From Bacillota bacterium (lineage in GTDB: Bacteria > Bacillota > Desulfotomaculia > Desulfotomaculales > VENG01), in assembly GCA_009711705.1 (NCBI GenBank), contig VENG01000015.1, forward strand, positions 65,709 through 129,708: a stretch of 64,000 bases of DNA, in the 5' to 3' direction. The notes beneath the pieces are model-generated. The model was not told where the DNA came from, did no database searches, and was given only the letters and a program-made list of their open reading frames with translations. This document shows positions 37,356 through 46,300 of this stretch, piece by piece. The position numbers and the translations under genes were made by a program. The first letter of the stretch is position 1. Each line of letters starts with the position of its first letter.

Positions 37356-37838
37356 TTAAGGGCAAATTGACTTATCACGCAAACGTTCTTCAACCAGAGA
37401 AGGCACCATATCCCGAACACAACCGTTAAAAAACGCTATCTCCTTAACTGCAGTGGAACTGATAAATGAATACTCAGCCCTGGTCATTAAGAAAATTGTT
37501 TCTACGGAAACTTCCAATTTTTTATTGGTTAAGGCCATCATTAACTCGTTTTCAAAATCCGAAATAGCCCGCAGTCCCCTAATTATTGCCTGTGCTCCTT
37601 GATCCTTAGCATAATTAACAGTTAAACCGTGAAAGGAATCAACTTCCACGTTGTAATATGGACCTAAAACTTCCCTCAACATGTCTACCCTTTCCTCCAC
37701 AGCAAACAAGGGAGTCTTCCCAGGGTTTCGGGATACCGCAACTATTACCCGATCAAAAAGCACAGCAACACGTTCAATAATATCTAAATGACCATATGTA
37801 ACGGGGTCAAAACTTCCCGGATAAACTGCTACTCGCAA
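37356..37838 (-). CDS. coaD: Phosphopantetheine adenylyltransferase
   Basis: 160 aa. VYPGSFDPVTYGHLDI (HxGH nucleotidyltransferase motif). Confidence 0.95.
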   Translation of the reverse strand: MRVAVYPGSFDPVTYGHLDIIERVAVLFDRVIVAVSRNPGKTPLFAVEERVDMLREVLGPYYNVEVDSFHGLTVNYAKDQGAQAIIRGLRAISDFENELMMALTNKKLEVSVETIFLMTRAEYSFISSTAVKEIAFFNGCVRDMVPSLVEERLRDKSICP

Positions 37839-38413
37839 CGAATTTCCTCCTCTTCCTGTACAGTTGGATTGTTAAATAGAGTCAAAAGAGTATCTCCGTA
37901 TTTTTCGCAACGAACTTTTTTTAATGACGATACCTTATCCGGGAACATTTGTTTTTTATGACTTTCTACTACCACTATTCCGTAGCTTTTAAGTAATTTA
38001 AGGGAACATATCTCTTCCAAGGCACCCAACTCCAACTGCTGTCCATAAGGCGGATCCATAAATATGTAATCAAAGGCTGCTCCTTTGCGGGCTAACAATT
38101 TTAATCCTTTATATACATCATTATTGATCAAAAAGGCCCTTTCCAAGAGCTTAGTATTCTCTAGATTTTTCTTTAAAGTACCCATGACGCGTTTATCTTT
38201 CTCCACAAAAACACAATTTGCCCCTCCCCGGCTGAGGGCTTCAATTCCCAATGCACCTGAACCGGCAAATAGATCCAATATCTCCGCTTCCTGCACCCCT
38301 GAACCGAGTATACTAAATAATGCCTCTTTTACACGGTCTGCCGTAGGGCGAACTTTCCCCTGGCCAGGCATTTTAAGGGTTGTCCTTTTTGCAGATCCAG
38401 CTATAACGCGCAA
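37829..38413 (-). CDS. rsmD: 16S rRNA (guanine966-N2)-methyltransferase
   Basis: 194 aa. MRVIAGSAKR start, SAM motif LDLFAGSGALGIEALSRG, and DPPY. Confidence 0.92.
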   Translation of the reverse strand: MRVIAGSAKRTTLKMPGQGKVRPTADRVKEALFSILGSGVQEAEILDLFAGSGALGIEALSRGGANCVFVEKDKRVMGTLKKNLENTKLLERAFLINNDVYKGLKLLARKGAAFDYIFMDPPYGQQLELGALEEICSLKLLKSYGIVVVESHKKQMFPDKVSSLKKVRCEKYGDTLLTLFNNPTVQEEEEIRCE

Positions 38414-38574
38414 TGTAAAAGTTTCCGCCTTTCCAATTTACTAACTTTTCATATTATAACACACAAAATTCAAAAAATCGATTTGTTGTCTGGTTAATTT
38501 TAGTTAAATAAGGTTTTTCAGTATAATTTTTAGAATCATGGTAAACCTATGCCACAAGAAGGGAGTGCGCACCA

Positions 38575-39546
38575 ATGGAGTTTGATTTTTTTAAGACTTT
38601 TTCCATAAATCTTGACTTAGCAGTTGAAGCCAGAGAGGTAGTACGTGGGAAAACGGGCCAGGAGATTCCCGGTGCTCAAGTTTCTACTGAAAAATATGAC
38701 CAGGCGGAGGTTACCATTGTCCAGATTATGGACGAGAAGGCTGCAGCAATTATGGGAAAACCAATTGGCAAATACATAACCATTGAAGCCCCTGCTATTC
38801 GCGAGAACAATGGTCGGGCCCATAAAGATATTACTGAGGTATTAAGCCAGCAGTTAACAAAACTCTTTAAAATCTCCATGGAATCAAATGTTTTAGTAGT
38901 GGGGCTGGGAAATTGGAATGCCACTCCGGACGCATTGGGTCCAAAGGTAGTGGAACAAACTTTAGTAACCAGGCACCTTTTCAATTATGCACCACAAGAA
39001 TTACAAGGAGGCATGAGACCTGTCAGCGCGCTGGCTCCTGGAGTTCTTGGAACAACAGGAATTGAAACGGCCGAGATTATAAAAGGGGCCGTGGACAGGG
39101 TACAGCCGGATCTGGTAATTGCCATTGATTCCCTAGCGGCGAGAAACGTAACACGCATAGCAACGACCATCCAGATGGCAGATACCGGAGTTAATCCCGG
39201 CTCAGGGATTGGAAATCAACGCATGGGGATTAACCAAGAAACCCTTGGGTGTCCCGTAATTGCAATCGGAGTGCCCACGGTGGTAAATGCTGCTTTCATA
39301 TGTAAAGACGCCCTGGATTCCTATCTAAAGCAAACGGGAAATTATATCCCACAGCAAGGACAAATGGACCCCACCGTTAAGGATGCAATTGAAACTGTAC
39401 TTAATCCTTTTGGGGGTGATTTAACGGTAACACCAAAGGAGGTAGATATCCTTATTGACACTACAGCTAAGATTGTATCGGGAGGCATATCCATGTCACT
39501 TCATCCTGGCATAAGTTCCGAGGACTATGCATTTTACCTGCATTAA
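38575..39546 (+). CDS. gpr: Germination protease (GPR endopeptidase)
   Basis: 323 aa. GLGNWNATPDALGP, AIDSLAAR and GVPTVV motifs of the GPR family. A possible forespore-type promoter lies upstream (GTATA-14 nt-GGTAAACCTA at 38521-38549, weak call). Confidence 0.9.
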   Translation: MEFDFFKTFSINLDLAVEAREVVRGKTGQEIPGAQVSTEKYDQAEVTIVQIMDEKAAAIMGKPIGKYITIEAPAIRENNGRAHKDITEVLSQQLTKLFKISMESNVLVVGLGNWNATPDALGPKVVEQTLVTRHLFNYAPQELQGGMRPVSALAPGVLGTTGIETAEIIKGAVDRVQPDLVIAIDSLAARNVTRIATTIQMADTGVNPGSGIGNQRMGINQETLGCPVIAIGVPTVVNAAFICKDALDSYLKQTGNYIPQQGQMDPTVKDAIETVLNPFGGDLTVTPKEVDILIDTTAKIVSGGISMSLHPGISSEDYAFYLH

Positions 39547-39550
39547 TTAA

Positions 39551-39664
39551 TAGTGAACTCGTTCAGCTAAAGCTAAACATCGGGGCTATGGGTGGGGATT
39601 CAACCCCACCCATAGAAAAAAAGTGCAAACTCCCACTTATAGAAGTGGGAATCTTAGAAATCAG
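39551..39664. repeat. Structured intergenic repeat, family 1, copy B
   Basis: See copy A. Left arm 39551-39587, hairpin CTATGGGTGGGG-ATTCAA-CCCCACCCATAG (39586-39615), hairpin TCCCACTT-ATAG-AAGTGGGA (39631-39650), right arm to 39664. Starts 4 nt after the gpr stop. Confidence 0.85.
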
Positions 39665-39694
39665 ATCAAAAACTGGCACCGGGAGTCTACCTGC

Positions 39695-39735
39695 TACTAA
39701 AACAGTGGATGGACCGCGATACGGTCCACCCACTG
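39695..39735 (-). terminator. Intrinsic terminator of the SASP gene
   Basis: The minus-strand RNA reads CAGUGGGUGGACCG-UAUCG-CGGUCCAUCCACUG + UUUUAG. The only non-Watson-Crick pair is G.U on the minus strand (A.C on the plus strand). Confidence 0.7.
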
Positions 39736-39805
39736 GGTAAAGCGGTTCTTAACTGTCGATTGGGCGGTTCACATTGGATAAACCAATGCTCCGGTCCATC
39801 TACTG

Positions 39806-40063
39806 TTAAGGAGTAGTATTTTGGTTTGTTACTTGCGGGGTAGCAGGTTGGTTCCCCTGGGCCAGGCTCTGTTCATAAGCGGCAATCATTTTCTTCACCA
39901 TATTACCGCCGATAGCACCGTTAACCCGAGAAGGGATATCACCCATGTACCCACCGTCCGGCACCTGAATACCCAGCTCGCTGGCAGTTTCCCACTTGAA
40001 CTGCTCCATAGCTTGAGCTGCAGCCGGAATAACCTTTCTGTTAGTCTTTTGACCTTGTGCCAT
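39806..40063 (-). CDS. Small acid-soluble spore protein, alpha/beta type
   Basis: 85 aa from the ATG at 40063 (GAGGAGGTG RBS). Motifs EQFKWETASELGI (GPR cleavage-site region) and GGNMVKKMI. The track start 40153 is an upstream extension. Confidence 0.9.
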   Translation of the reverse strand: MAQGQKTNRKVIPAAAQAMEQFKWETASELGIQVPDGGYMGDIPSRVNGAIGGNMVKKMIAAYEQSLAQGNQPATPQVTNQNTTP

Positions 40064-40095
40064 CAATTTCACCTCCTCTCTGTTTAGCTTGATGT

Positions 40096-40127
40096 TAGTA
40101 TTGCATCTCCCGGGCACCTTTATGTAG
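40096..40127 (-). promoter_or_regulatory. Possible forespore (sigma-G/F-type) promoter of the SASP gene
   Basis: The minus strand reads CATA-17 nt-CAATACTA, about 30 nt upstream of the ATG. It resembles the GnATA / CATACTA-type consensus as I recall it. Confidence 0.35.
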
Positions 40128-40220
40128 GTAATTTTACCCCGCCCTAATGGCATTTCTGGTTAACCATGCTTATATGATTTTAGCGATATTCTTGGTGTGT
40201 CTCTGTTTTCTTTGATTGAT

Positions 40221-42299
40221 TTAGCTGATATCAATATAATTACCTTTTTGCTTAAAACGTCTTTCCATTTCTACAAAAAGATTATTATAACCATCGCATT
40301 TCCCATGCTCCCCGTGGGCATCCATAAATGACAATGCTTCAGATTGAGCTAAACCCATAGTTTTCATATTGTTTATCCAATCCGCTATTTTCAATTCCGG
40401 CAAGCCTGATTGCCGGGTACCAAATAATTCCCCGGGCCCACGTATTTTTAGATCCATTTCGGCTAAGCGAAATCCATCATTGGTCATTGTCATGGCGCGC
40501 AGACGTTCCTTAGCCTCATCGGTACCCGGCTCGGAAACTAAAATGCAATACGATTGCCTTGCTCCTCTGCCAACTCTGCCGCGCAATTGGTGAAGTTGAG
40601 CCAAACCAAAACGGTGAGCATCGACTATTATTATCACCGTAGCATTGGGCACATCAACACCTACCTCTATTACAGAAGTCGCCACCAGTATATTTGTATT
40701 TCCATCCCTAAAGGATGACATTGCCTTATCTTTTTCATCCGGCGTCATACGCCCATGTAAAAGCCCCACTTTGTGGTCAGGGAAAATTTGTTTTTGCAGG
40801 TTTTCCGCAGTGTCTACCGCCGATTGAATATCAACTTTTTCAGACTCTTCCACAAGTGCACACACCAGATAAACTTGATGACCGGCTTCAATTTGATTAT
40901 GCATTAATTTGTAAACCTTATTCCATGCAGTAGGCTTTACCGCATATGTTTTTACAGGCTTCCGCCCGGGTGGCAAGGCATCGATTACAGATATGTCCAA
41001 TTCTCCGTAAACAGTCATGGTTAATGTACGTGGAATTGGAGTGGCCGTCATTACTAAAACGTCGGGTGTAAATCCTTTACGCTGCAATATAGCCCGCTGT
41101 CTTACACCAAAACGGTGCTGCTCGTCTACCACTACTAGTGAAAGTTTCTTGAATTGTACGGTTTCTTGAATAACAGCATGAGTTCCAACTACTATATTAG
41201 CTTCCCCGGCAGAAATTTGATCTAGTATTTTATTTCTTTCCTTTGCTGGAACAGCACCGCTCACTATGACTACTTTAACTCCTAATCCATGCAAATACTT
41301 TTTTAGGTTTAAATAATGCTGTTCAGCCAATATTTCTGTCGGAGCCATCAAAACCCCTTGCAGCCCGCTCTCTGCAGCCTTTAACAAGGCAAAGATGCAA
41401 ATAATGGTTTTACCTGAACCTACATCTCCTTGTAACAGGCGATTCATGGGAAAGGAACTTTGCATGTTTGATGAAATTTCTTCCCATACTCTCTTTTGTG
41501 CCTTAGTAAGGTTAAAAGGAAGACTTTGCATTAACCGGCTAACCAAGCCCATACCGTTGCAATACACGTGATCCTTCTTTTTATAGCTAAGTTTACTCCG
41601 CCTGATAGCCAAGCCTAACTGCAGCAAAAAAAGCTCTTCGAACACAAGCCTCTTTCTGGCATTTTCTGCCTGTTTTAAGTTTTCCGGGAAGTGTATTTTA
41701 CTTAAGGCTACTTCTATAGACGGCAGCTTATATTTTTCCAAGATGTAAGAAGGAAGGAATTCCTTAATTCTCGGCACCGACTCTTGTAGGGCTGAATACA
41801 TAATCTGACGCATTGTACGTTGACCCAACTTTTCCGTAAGCGGGTACATAGGCACAATCCGGCCGGAGTGCAGTAATTTACCGTTCGTGGAGATTTTTTC
41901 GAAATCAGTTACTTTTATTTGCGGAACACCAAATGATTTATCCATTTTACCGGTTACAACAATATTTGTACCCGGGCGAACCTGTTTTTTTATATAGGCT
42001 TGATTGAACCAAACGGCGAAAAACACTCCTGTTCCGTCATGCACACCTAGTTTCGTTATGGTCATATTTTTACGTGGACGCAACTCTTCTGACCCCACTA
42101 CCGTCCCTTTAACTACTGCATTACTACCGTGTGGAAACCTGCTGGCCGGCTGCATATGGGAGCGGTCTTCATACTCACGGGGAAAATGATAAAGAAGATC
42201 ACCAAGGCTAAAAATATTAAGCTTTGCAAAAAGATGTGCCCGCCGAGGGCCTACCATCTTTAAAAATTGAATTGGTTTGGCTAATATGTTATTATCCAC
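40221..42299 (-). CDS. recG: ATP-dependent DNA helicase RecG
   Basis: 692 aa. Wedge domain, Walker A GDVGSGKT, and DEQHRFG. GTG start. Confidence 0.95.
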   Translation of the reverse strand: MDNNILAKPIQFLKMVGPRRAHLFAKLNIFSLGDLLYHFPREYEDRSHMQPASRFPHGSNAVVKGTVVGSEELRPRKNMTITKLGVHDGTGVFFAVWFNQAYIKKQVRPGTNIVVTGKMDKSFGVPQIKVTDFEKISTNGKLLHSGRIVPMYPLTEKLGQRTMRQIMYSALQESVPRIKEFLPSYILEKYKLPSIEVALSKIHFPENLKQAENARKRLVFEELFLLQLGLAIRRSKLSYKKKDHVYCNGMGLVSRLMQSLPFNLTKAQKRVWEEISSNMQSSFPMNRLLQGDVGSGKTIICIFALLKAAESGLQGVLMAPTEILAEQHYLNLKKYLHGLGVKVVIVSGAVPAKERNKILDQISAGEANIVVGTHAVIQETVQFKKLSLVVVDEQHRFGVRQRAILQRKGFTPDVLVMTATPIPRTLTMTVYGELDISVIDALPPGRKPVKTYAVKPTAWNKVYKLMHNQIEAGHQVYLVCALVEESEKVDIQSAVDTAENLQKQIFPDHKVGLLHGRMTPDEKDKAMSSFRDGNTNILVATSVIEVGVDVPNATVIIIVDAHRFGLAQLHQLRGRVGRGARQSYCILVSEPGTDEAKERLRAMTMTNDGFRLAEMDLKIRGPGELFGTRQSGLPELKIADWINNMKTMGLAQSEALSFMDAHGEHGKCDGYNNLFVEMERRFKQKGNYIDIS

Positions 42300-42336
42300 A
42301 AGAAACCACCTGATACAGAAATAGATTTGTTATTGC

Positions 42337-42365
42337 TTGCACTTTACGAACGATTTTGGTAAAAT
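42337..42365 (+). promoter_or_regulatory. Sigma-A-type promoter of rpmB (TTGCAC-17 nt-TAAAAT, TGn-extended)
   Basis: The plus strand reads TTGCAC TTTACGAACGATTTTGG TAAAAT, 30 nt upstream of the rpmB ATG. Confidence 0.65.
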
Positions 42366-42395
42366 TATAAGGTGTTTTAAAGGAGGTGTTGGGAA

Positions 42396-42587
42396 ATGGC
42401 TAGGAAATGTGCTGTGTGTGGAAAAGGAATACGCACTGGTATGCAGTACAGTCACTCTCATATTCGTACTAAACGTAAGTGGTCCCCGAACCTACAAAAG
42501 GTAAAGGCCATGATTGAAGGTACTCCGAGACGTATTCTAGTTTGCACCCGCTGTCTGCGCAGTGGCAAAGTTAAGCGGGCCATATAA
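42396..42587 (+). CDS. rpmB: 50S ribosomal protein L28
   Basis: 63 aa. MARKCAVCGKG... start, typical of L28. AGGAGG RBS. Confidence 0.96.
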   Translation: MARKCAVCGKGIRTGMQYSHSHIRTKRKWSPNLQKVKAMIEGTPRRILVCTRCLRSGKVKRAI

Positions 42588-42605
42588 ACCCACATTATGT
42601 AAGGT

Positions 42606-42640
42606 AAAAAAACGGCTTAATGCCGTTTTTATTATTTTTC
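42606..42640 (+). terminator. Intrinsic terminator of rpmB
   Basis: AAAAACGGC-TTAAT-GCCGTTTTT followed by ATTATTTTT. Confidence 0.85.
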
Positions 42641-42648
42641 TAAAAAAT

Positions 42649-42700
42649 TATAGGAAACCGGTAGTTTTTTTAGTTAAAAAAACTTACCGGTTTTTCTATA
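42649..42700 (-). terminator. Long palindromic hairpin after the NaPRTase-like gene
   Basis: TATAGGAAACCGGTAG-TTTTTTTAGTTAAAAAAA-CTTACCGGTTTTTCTATA. T-rich on both sides. Confidence 0.6.
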
Positions 42701-42736
42701 TTGCCACCTTATTGTCCCCTATAATATGAATTTTGC

Positions 42737-43780
42737 TCAGAACAATTTAATTAAACGCGGGGCCACAGTACGACCAGGAATACGGCCTCTTTTAGCCACC
42801 GATTTGCCGTTAACCTCTTTAATATCCATGGTCATATCTATAGGCGACGCGCCGGATATGTAACTTCCCACACCAAAGGAATCAGCCCCGGCATCTACCA
42901 ATGCGGGAATGCGCTCCGGGTTAACTCCGCCCGAAACAAATATCTGCACGTGGTTAAACCCTGCCAAGTCAAGGCGCGCTCTGATTTCCCTGACTAGCCC
43001 GGGAGAGACCCCACCCCGCTCACTTGCGGTATCAAGCCTTACCCCTTGTAGTGTTTCCTGCAACGCTTCACTCAGGCGCAGCGATTCTTCTGCCTCATCT
43101 TTGAATGTATCAACCAACATAATTACCGGTGAATTATCCGGCATAATTTCTGCGTAAGACCGGGCAGCTTCCAACGTATCTCCCACAATAAGCATAACCG
43201 CATGTGGAATGGTTCCCATAGGCTCCATACCAGCTAATTTTGCCCCTAATATACAGCTTGCCCCGCTTGCGCCTCCTGTTATAGCAGACTTCTCCATAAC
43301 CGGCGCTACTGCAGGGTGAACGTGCCGGGCCCCGAAGCACAACACAGGCTTTGACCCGGCCACATCCTTACAATGCCGAGAGGCGGTGGCCCAACCACAA
43401 GAACTGGCCAAAATGCCTAATATTGCTGTCTCATAGATTCCAAATGAATCGTAGGGACCGGATATTTGCATAACAACTTCCTTGGCCTGGAAAAACTCAC
43501 CTTCAGGTAAGGCAGTGACTTCAATAGGTAATCCGGCCAGCAGATTTTTCACCTCATCGGTCCCGGCCATAAGCCCGGGGTTGCCGGGAAAAATTTCGAC
43601 CACAACCGGAGTTTGGGCTAAATCTAATTTATGCAATATTTCACGGGTTTTGACAAAATAAATATCGGTGGTCCATCCACTAAGTATTTCTTCTTGATCT
43701 GCGGAAAACAATTTCCTGTCTGGCGCCGGTTCAAATCCCTTTACTTGTTCGAGGCTTTGAACGGTTTTTTGTTGGGACAT
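42737..43780 (-). CDS. Nicotinate phosphoribosyltransferase-like protein (type II PRTase family)
   Basis: 347 aa. TDIYFVKTREIL N-terminal region and a TIM-barrel C-terminal (GVRLDTASERGG) typical of the short archaeal/Firmicute NaPRTase family. Confidence 0.72.
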   Translation of the reverse strand: MSQQKTVQSLEQVKGFEPAPDRKLFSADQEEILSGWTTDIYFVKTREILHKLDLAQTPVVVEIFPGNPGLMAGTDEVKNLLAGLPIEVTALPEGEFFQAKEVVMQISGPYDSFGIYETAILGILASSCGWATASRHCKDVAGSKPVLCFGARHVHPAVAPVMEKSAITGGASGASCILGAKLAGMEPMGTIPHAVMLIVGDTLEAARSYAEIMPDNSPVIMLVDTFKDEAEESLRLSEALQETLQGVRLDTASERGGVSPGLVREIRARLDLAGFNHVQIFVSGGVNPERIPALVDAGADSFGVGSYISGASPIDMTMDIKEVNGKSVAKRGRIPGRTVAPRLIKLF

Positions 43781-43861
43781 TGCAATCTCCTTTCCACGAT
43801 GTCAACCGTGTAACTGGTAAATATTTTGCCATAGAAGTCAACCTGCTGGCAAGATAGTATG

Positions 43862-44332
43862 TTAAGATTCAACGACACGCATCAAATTAGCCATCTCAAT
43901 GGCGGTGACTGCAGCATCCCATCCTTTGTTCCCTGATTTAGTTCCGGCTCTTTCAATGGCTTGCTCAATTGTATCTGCCGTAATAATGCCAAAAATTACG
44001 GGAACATCCGTATCTATTCCCACTTTGGCAATCCCCTTGGAAACTTCTGCAGCTACATAATCAAAGTGAGGCGTAGCACCCCTGATAACAGATCCAAGGC
44101 AAATAACAGCATCGTATTTATTTGTTTGAGCCAATTTTTTAGCCACCATGGGTACCTCAAAAGCGCCGGGAACCCAAGCAATCTCAACATTATCATCAGT
44201 TACCCCGTGCCGGTTGAGGGAATCAAGGGCTCCACTTAATAGCTTGCTGGTAATAAATTCATTGAAACGTCCCACCACCAGGCCCACCTTTAATCCTTGT
44301 CCTATAAGATGGCCTTCATAAACTTTTGGCAA
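43862..44332 (-). CDS. ribH: 6,7-dimethyl-8-ribityllumazine synthase
   Basis: 156 aa. [10 protein letters not shown] and WVPGAFE motifs. Confidence 0.95.
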   Translation of the reverse strand: MPKVYEGHLIGQGLKVGLVVGRFNEFITSKLLSGALDSLNRHGVTDDNVEIAWVPGAFEVPMVAKKLAQTNKYDAVICLGSVIRGATPHFDYVAAEVSKGIAKVGIDTDVPVIFGIITADTIEQAIERAGTKSGNKGWDAAVTAIEMANLMRVVES

Positions 44333-44362
44333 AGTAATCTCTCCCTTGTCGCAGTAAATTTA

Positions 44363-45580
44363 TTATTTCTCGGCTATGGACAACATATGACCAAGCTTTC
44401 TTTTTTTGGTACTTAGATAAAAACTATTCTTTTCACCGGGGCAAATTTCAATTGATACTCTATCCACCACCGTCAAACCGTGGCCTTCTAGACCGGCAAT
44501 CTTGCGGGGATTATTGGTTATTAAACGAATTTTGGTTAGACCCAGGTCAGCAAGGATTTGAGCCCCAATACCATAGTCACGCAAATCGGCCGGGAATCCC
44601 AATAACTCATTGGCTTCCACTGTGTCTTTGCCCTCATCCTGCAGTTTATAGGCCCTTATTTTATTTAACAAGCCTATCCCCCTGCCTTCTTGCCGCATAT
44701 AAAGGAGAACACCTGCTTCTTCCTGGGAAATCATTTTTAAGGCAGTGGCAAGCTGGTCACCACAATCACAGCGCATAGAGCCAAAAACATCGCCTGTAAG
44801 ACACTCAGAATGGACCCTGACCAAAGGGGCTTCCACCGATTGAAGATCACCTTTGACCAGTGCTAAATGACCCTTGTGATCAAGAAGACTTTCATATGCT
44901 ACAGCCGTGAAATCTCCATACCGTGTGGGCATCTTAGCTGCATCAACCTTTACAATTAACCTTTCGGTTCGGCGTCTGTATTCAATAAGGTCGGCGATGC
45001 TAATTAGTTTTAAATTATGCTGTGCGCAAAATGTAACCAGTTCCGGTACCCGGGCCATGGTACCGTCTTCTTTCATTATCTCGCAAATAACTCCAGCCGG
45101 GTAAAGTCCTCCCATCTTGGTTAAATCTACCGCGGCCTCAGTATGTCCCGCCCTACGCAGTACTCCACCTTTTTTTGCACGAAGCGGAAAAACGTGCCCC
45201 GGGCGACTTAAATCGTCCGGCACAGTAGCAGGGTCTATAACAGCCTTGATAGTGGCAGCCCGTTCCGGTGCCGAAATCCCGGTGGTAGTATCTTTATAAT
45301 CCACCGACACTGTAAAGGCTGTACCATGGGCGTCAGTATTATTAGTTACCATAGCAGGCAATTCAAGGTCGTCCAAGCGCTCACCTGTAATAGGCATGCA
45401 GATAAGTCCTCGTCCGTGAGTGGCCATAAAATTCACTGCGTCAGGGGTTACTTTTTCTGCCGCCATGATAAGGTCACCTTCGTTCTCTCGGTCTTCATCA
45501 TCAACAACAACTATCATTTTTCCTTGTTTTATATCTTCAATGGCTTCTTCAATTGTACTAAATTTTATTGTACTCACCAA
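44363..45580 (-). CDS. ribBA: Bifunctional 3,4-dihydroxy-2-butanone-4-phosphate synthase / GTP cyclohydrolase II
   Basis: 405 aa. [11 protein letters not shown] (RibB) and [21 protein letters not shown] (RibA). Confidence 0.95.
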   Translation of the reverse strand: MVSTIKFSTIEEAIEDIKQGKMIVVVDDEDRENEGDLIMAAEKVTPDAVNFMATHGRGLICMPITGERLDDLELPAMVTNNTDAHGTAFTVSVDYKDTTTGISAPERAATIKAVIDPATVPDDLSRPGHVFPLRAKKGGVLRRAGHTEAAVDLTKMGGLYPAGVICEIMKEDGTMARVPELVTFCAQHNLKLISIADLIEYRRRTERLIVKVDAAKMPTRYGDFTAVAYESLLDHKGHLALVKGDLQSVEAPLVRVHSECLTGDVFGSMRCDCGDQLATALKMISQEEAGVLLYMRQEGRGIGLLNKIRAYKLQDEGKDTVEANELLGFPADLRDYGIGAQILADLGLTKIRLITNNPRKIAGLEGHGLTVVDRVSIEICPGEKNSFYLSTKKRKLGHMLSIAEK

Positions 45581-45616
45581 AAGTCATCCCCTTTTTTCTC
45601 ATTAGTTTTGTCTTTA

Positions 45617-46276
45617 TCACATAAAGCCATTTTTCATAAGTAATTCTAAAGATAGGCCTGAATTATGGTGTCCTGGTTCATCTTTTGTTTGGTAACCAAG
45701 TAAACGTTCTATATACTTTCCTACAATATCTGCCTCTAAGTTTACTGAGTGCCCCCTTTTTTTATGACCCAGAGTAGTGGCATGAGCTGTATGGGGAATC
45801 AAGGATACTTTAAATTGCTCGCCGGCAAAATCCACCACGGTAAGACTTGTACCATCTATCGCTACCGAACCTTTTTTAATAATGTAGCGCATTACTTCCT
45901 TGGGAGCGGCTATAGTTATAAGGATTGCAATATCAAATATCTCCTTGTTGGCAATGGTACCCACTCCATCAATATGCCCGCTTACAAGGTGTCCTCCCAA
46001 CCTGTCTCCCATGCGCAAGGCTCTTTCCAAATTCACCTTATCCCCCGGCCTTAAATTGCCCAGATTACTCTTGGACAATGTTTCAGACATAACATCAGCT
46101 GTCATAAGTTTTCCTTCGTAATCAGTAATGGTAAGACATACACCATTTACTGCAACGCTATCTCCAATTTTCAAATCATCAAATACTTTTTTCGCCTCTA
46201 CGGTGAGTAAAGCAGAATCCGATCCTTTACGGACGGAACGAAGTACGCCCAGTTCCTCAACAAGTCCTGTAAACAT
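45617..46276 (-). CDS. ribE: Riboflavin synthase alpha chain
   Basis: 219 aa from the ATG at 46276. MFTGLVEELG start and an internal duplication with GDSVAVNGVCLT / GSVAIDGTSLT. Confidence 0.95.
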   Translation of the reverse strand: MFTGLVEELGVLRSVRKGSDSALLTVEAKKVFDDLKIGDSVAVNGVCLTITDYEGKLMTADVMSETLSKSNLGNLRPGDKVNLERALRMGDRLGGHLVSGHIDGVGTIANKEIFDIAILITIAAPKEVMRYIIKKGSVAIDGTSLTVVDFAGEQFKVSLIPHTAHATTLGHKKRGHSVNLEADIVGKYIERLLGYQTKDEPGHHNSGLSLELLMKNGFM

Positions 46277-46300
46277 TATCCCACTCCACACATAAAAGAA

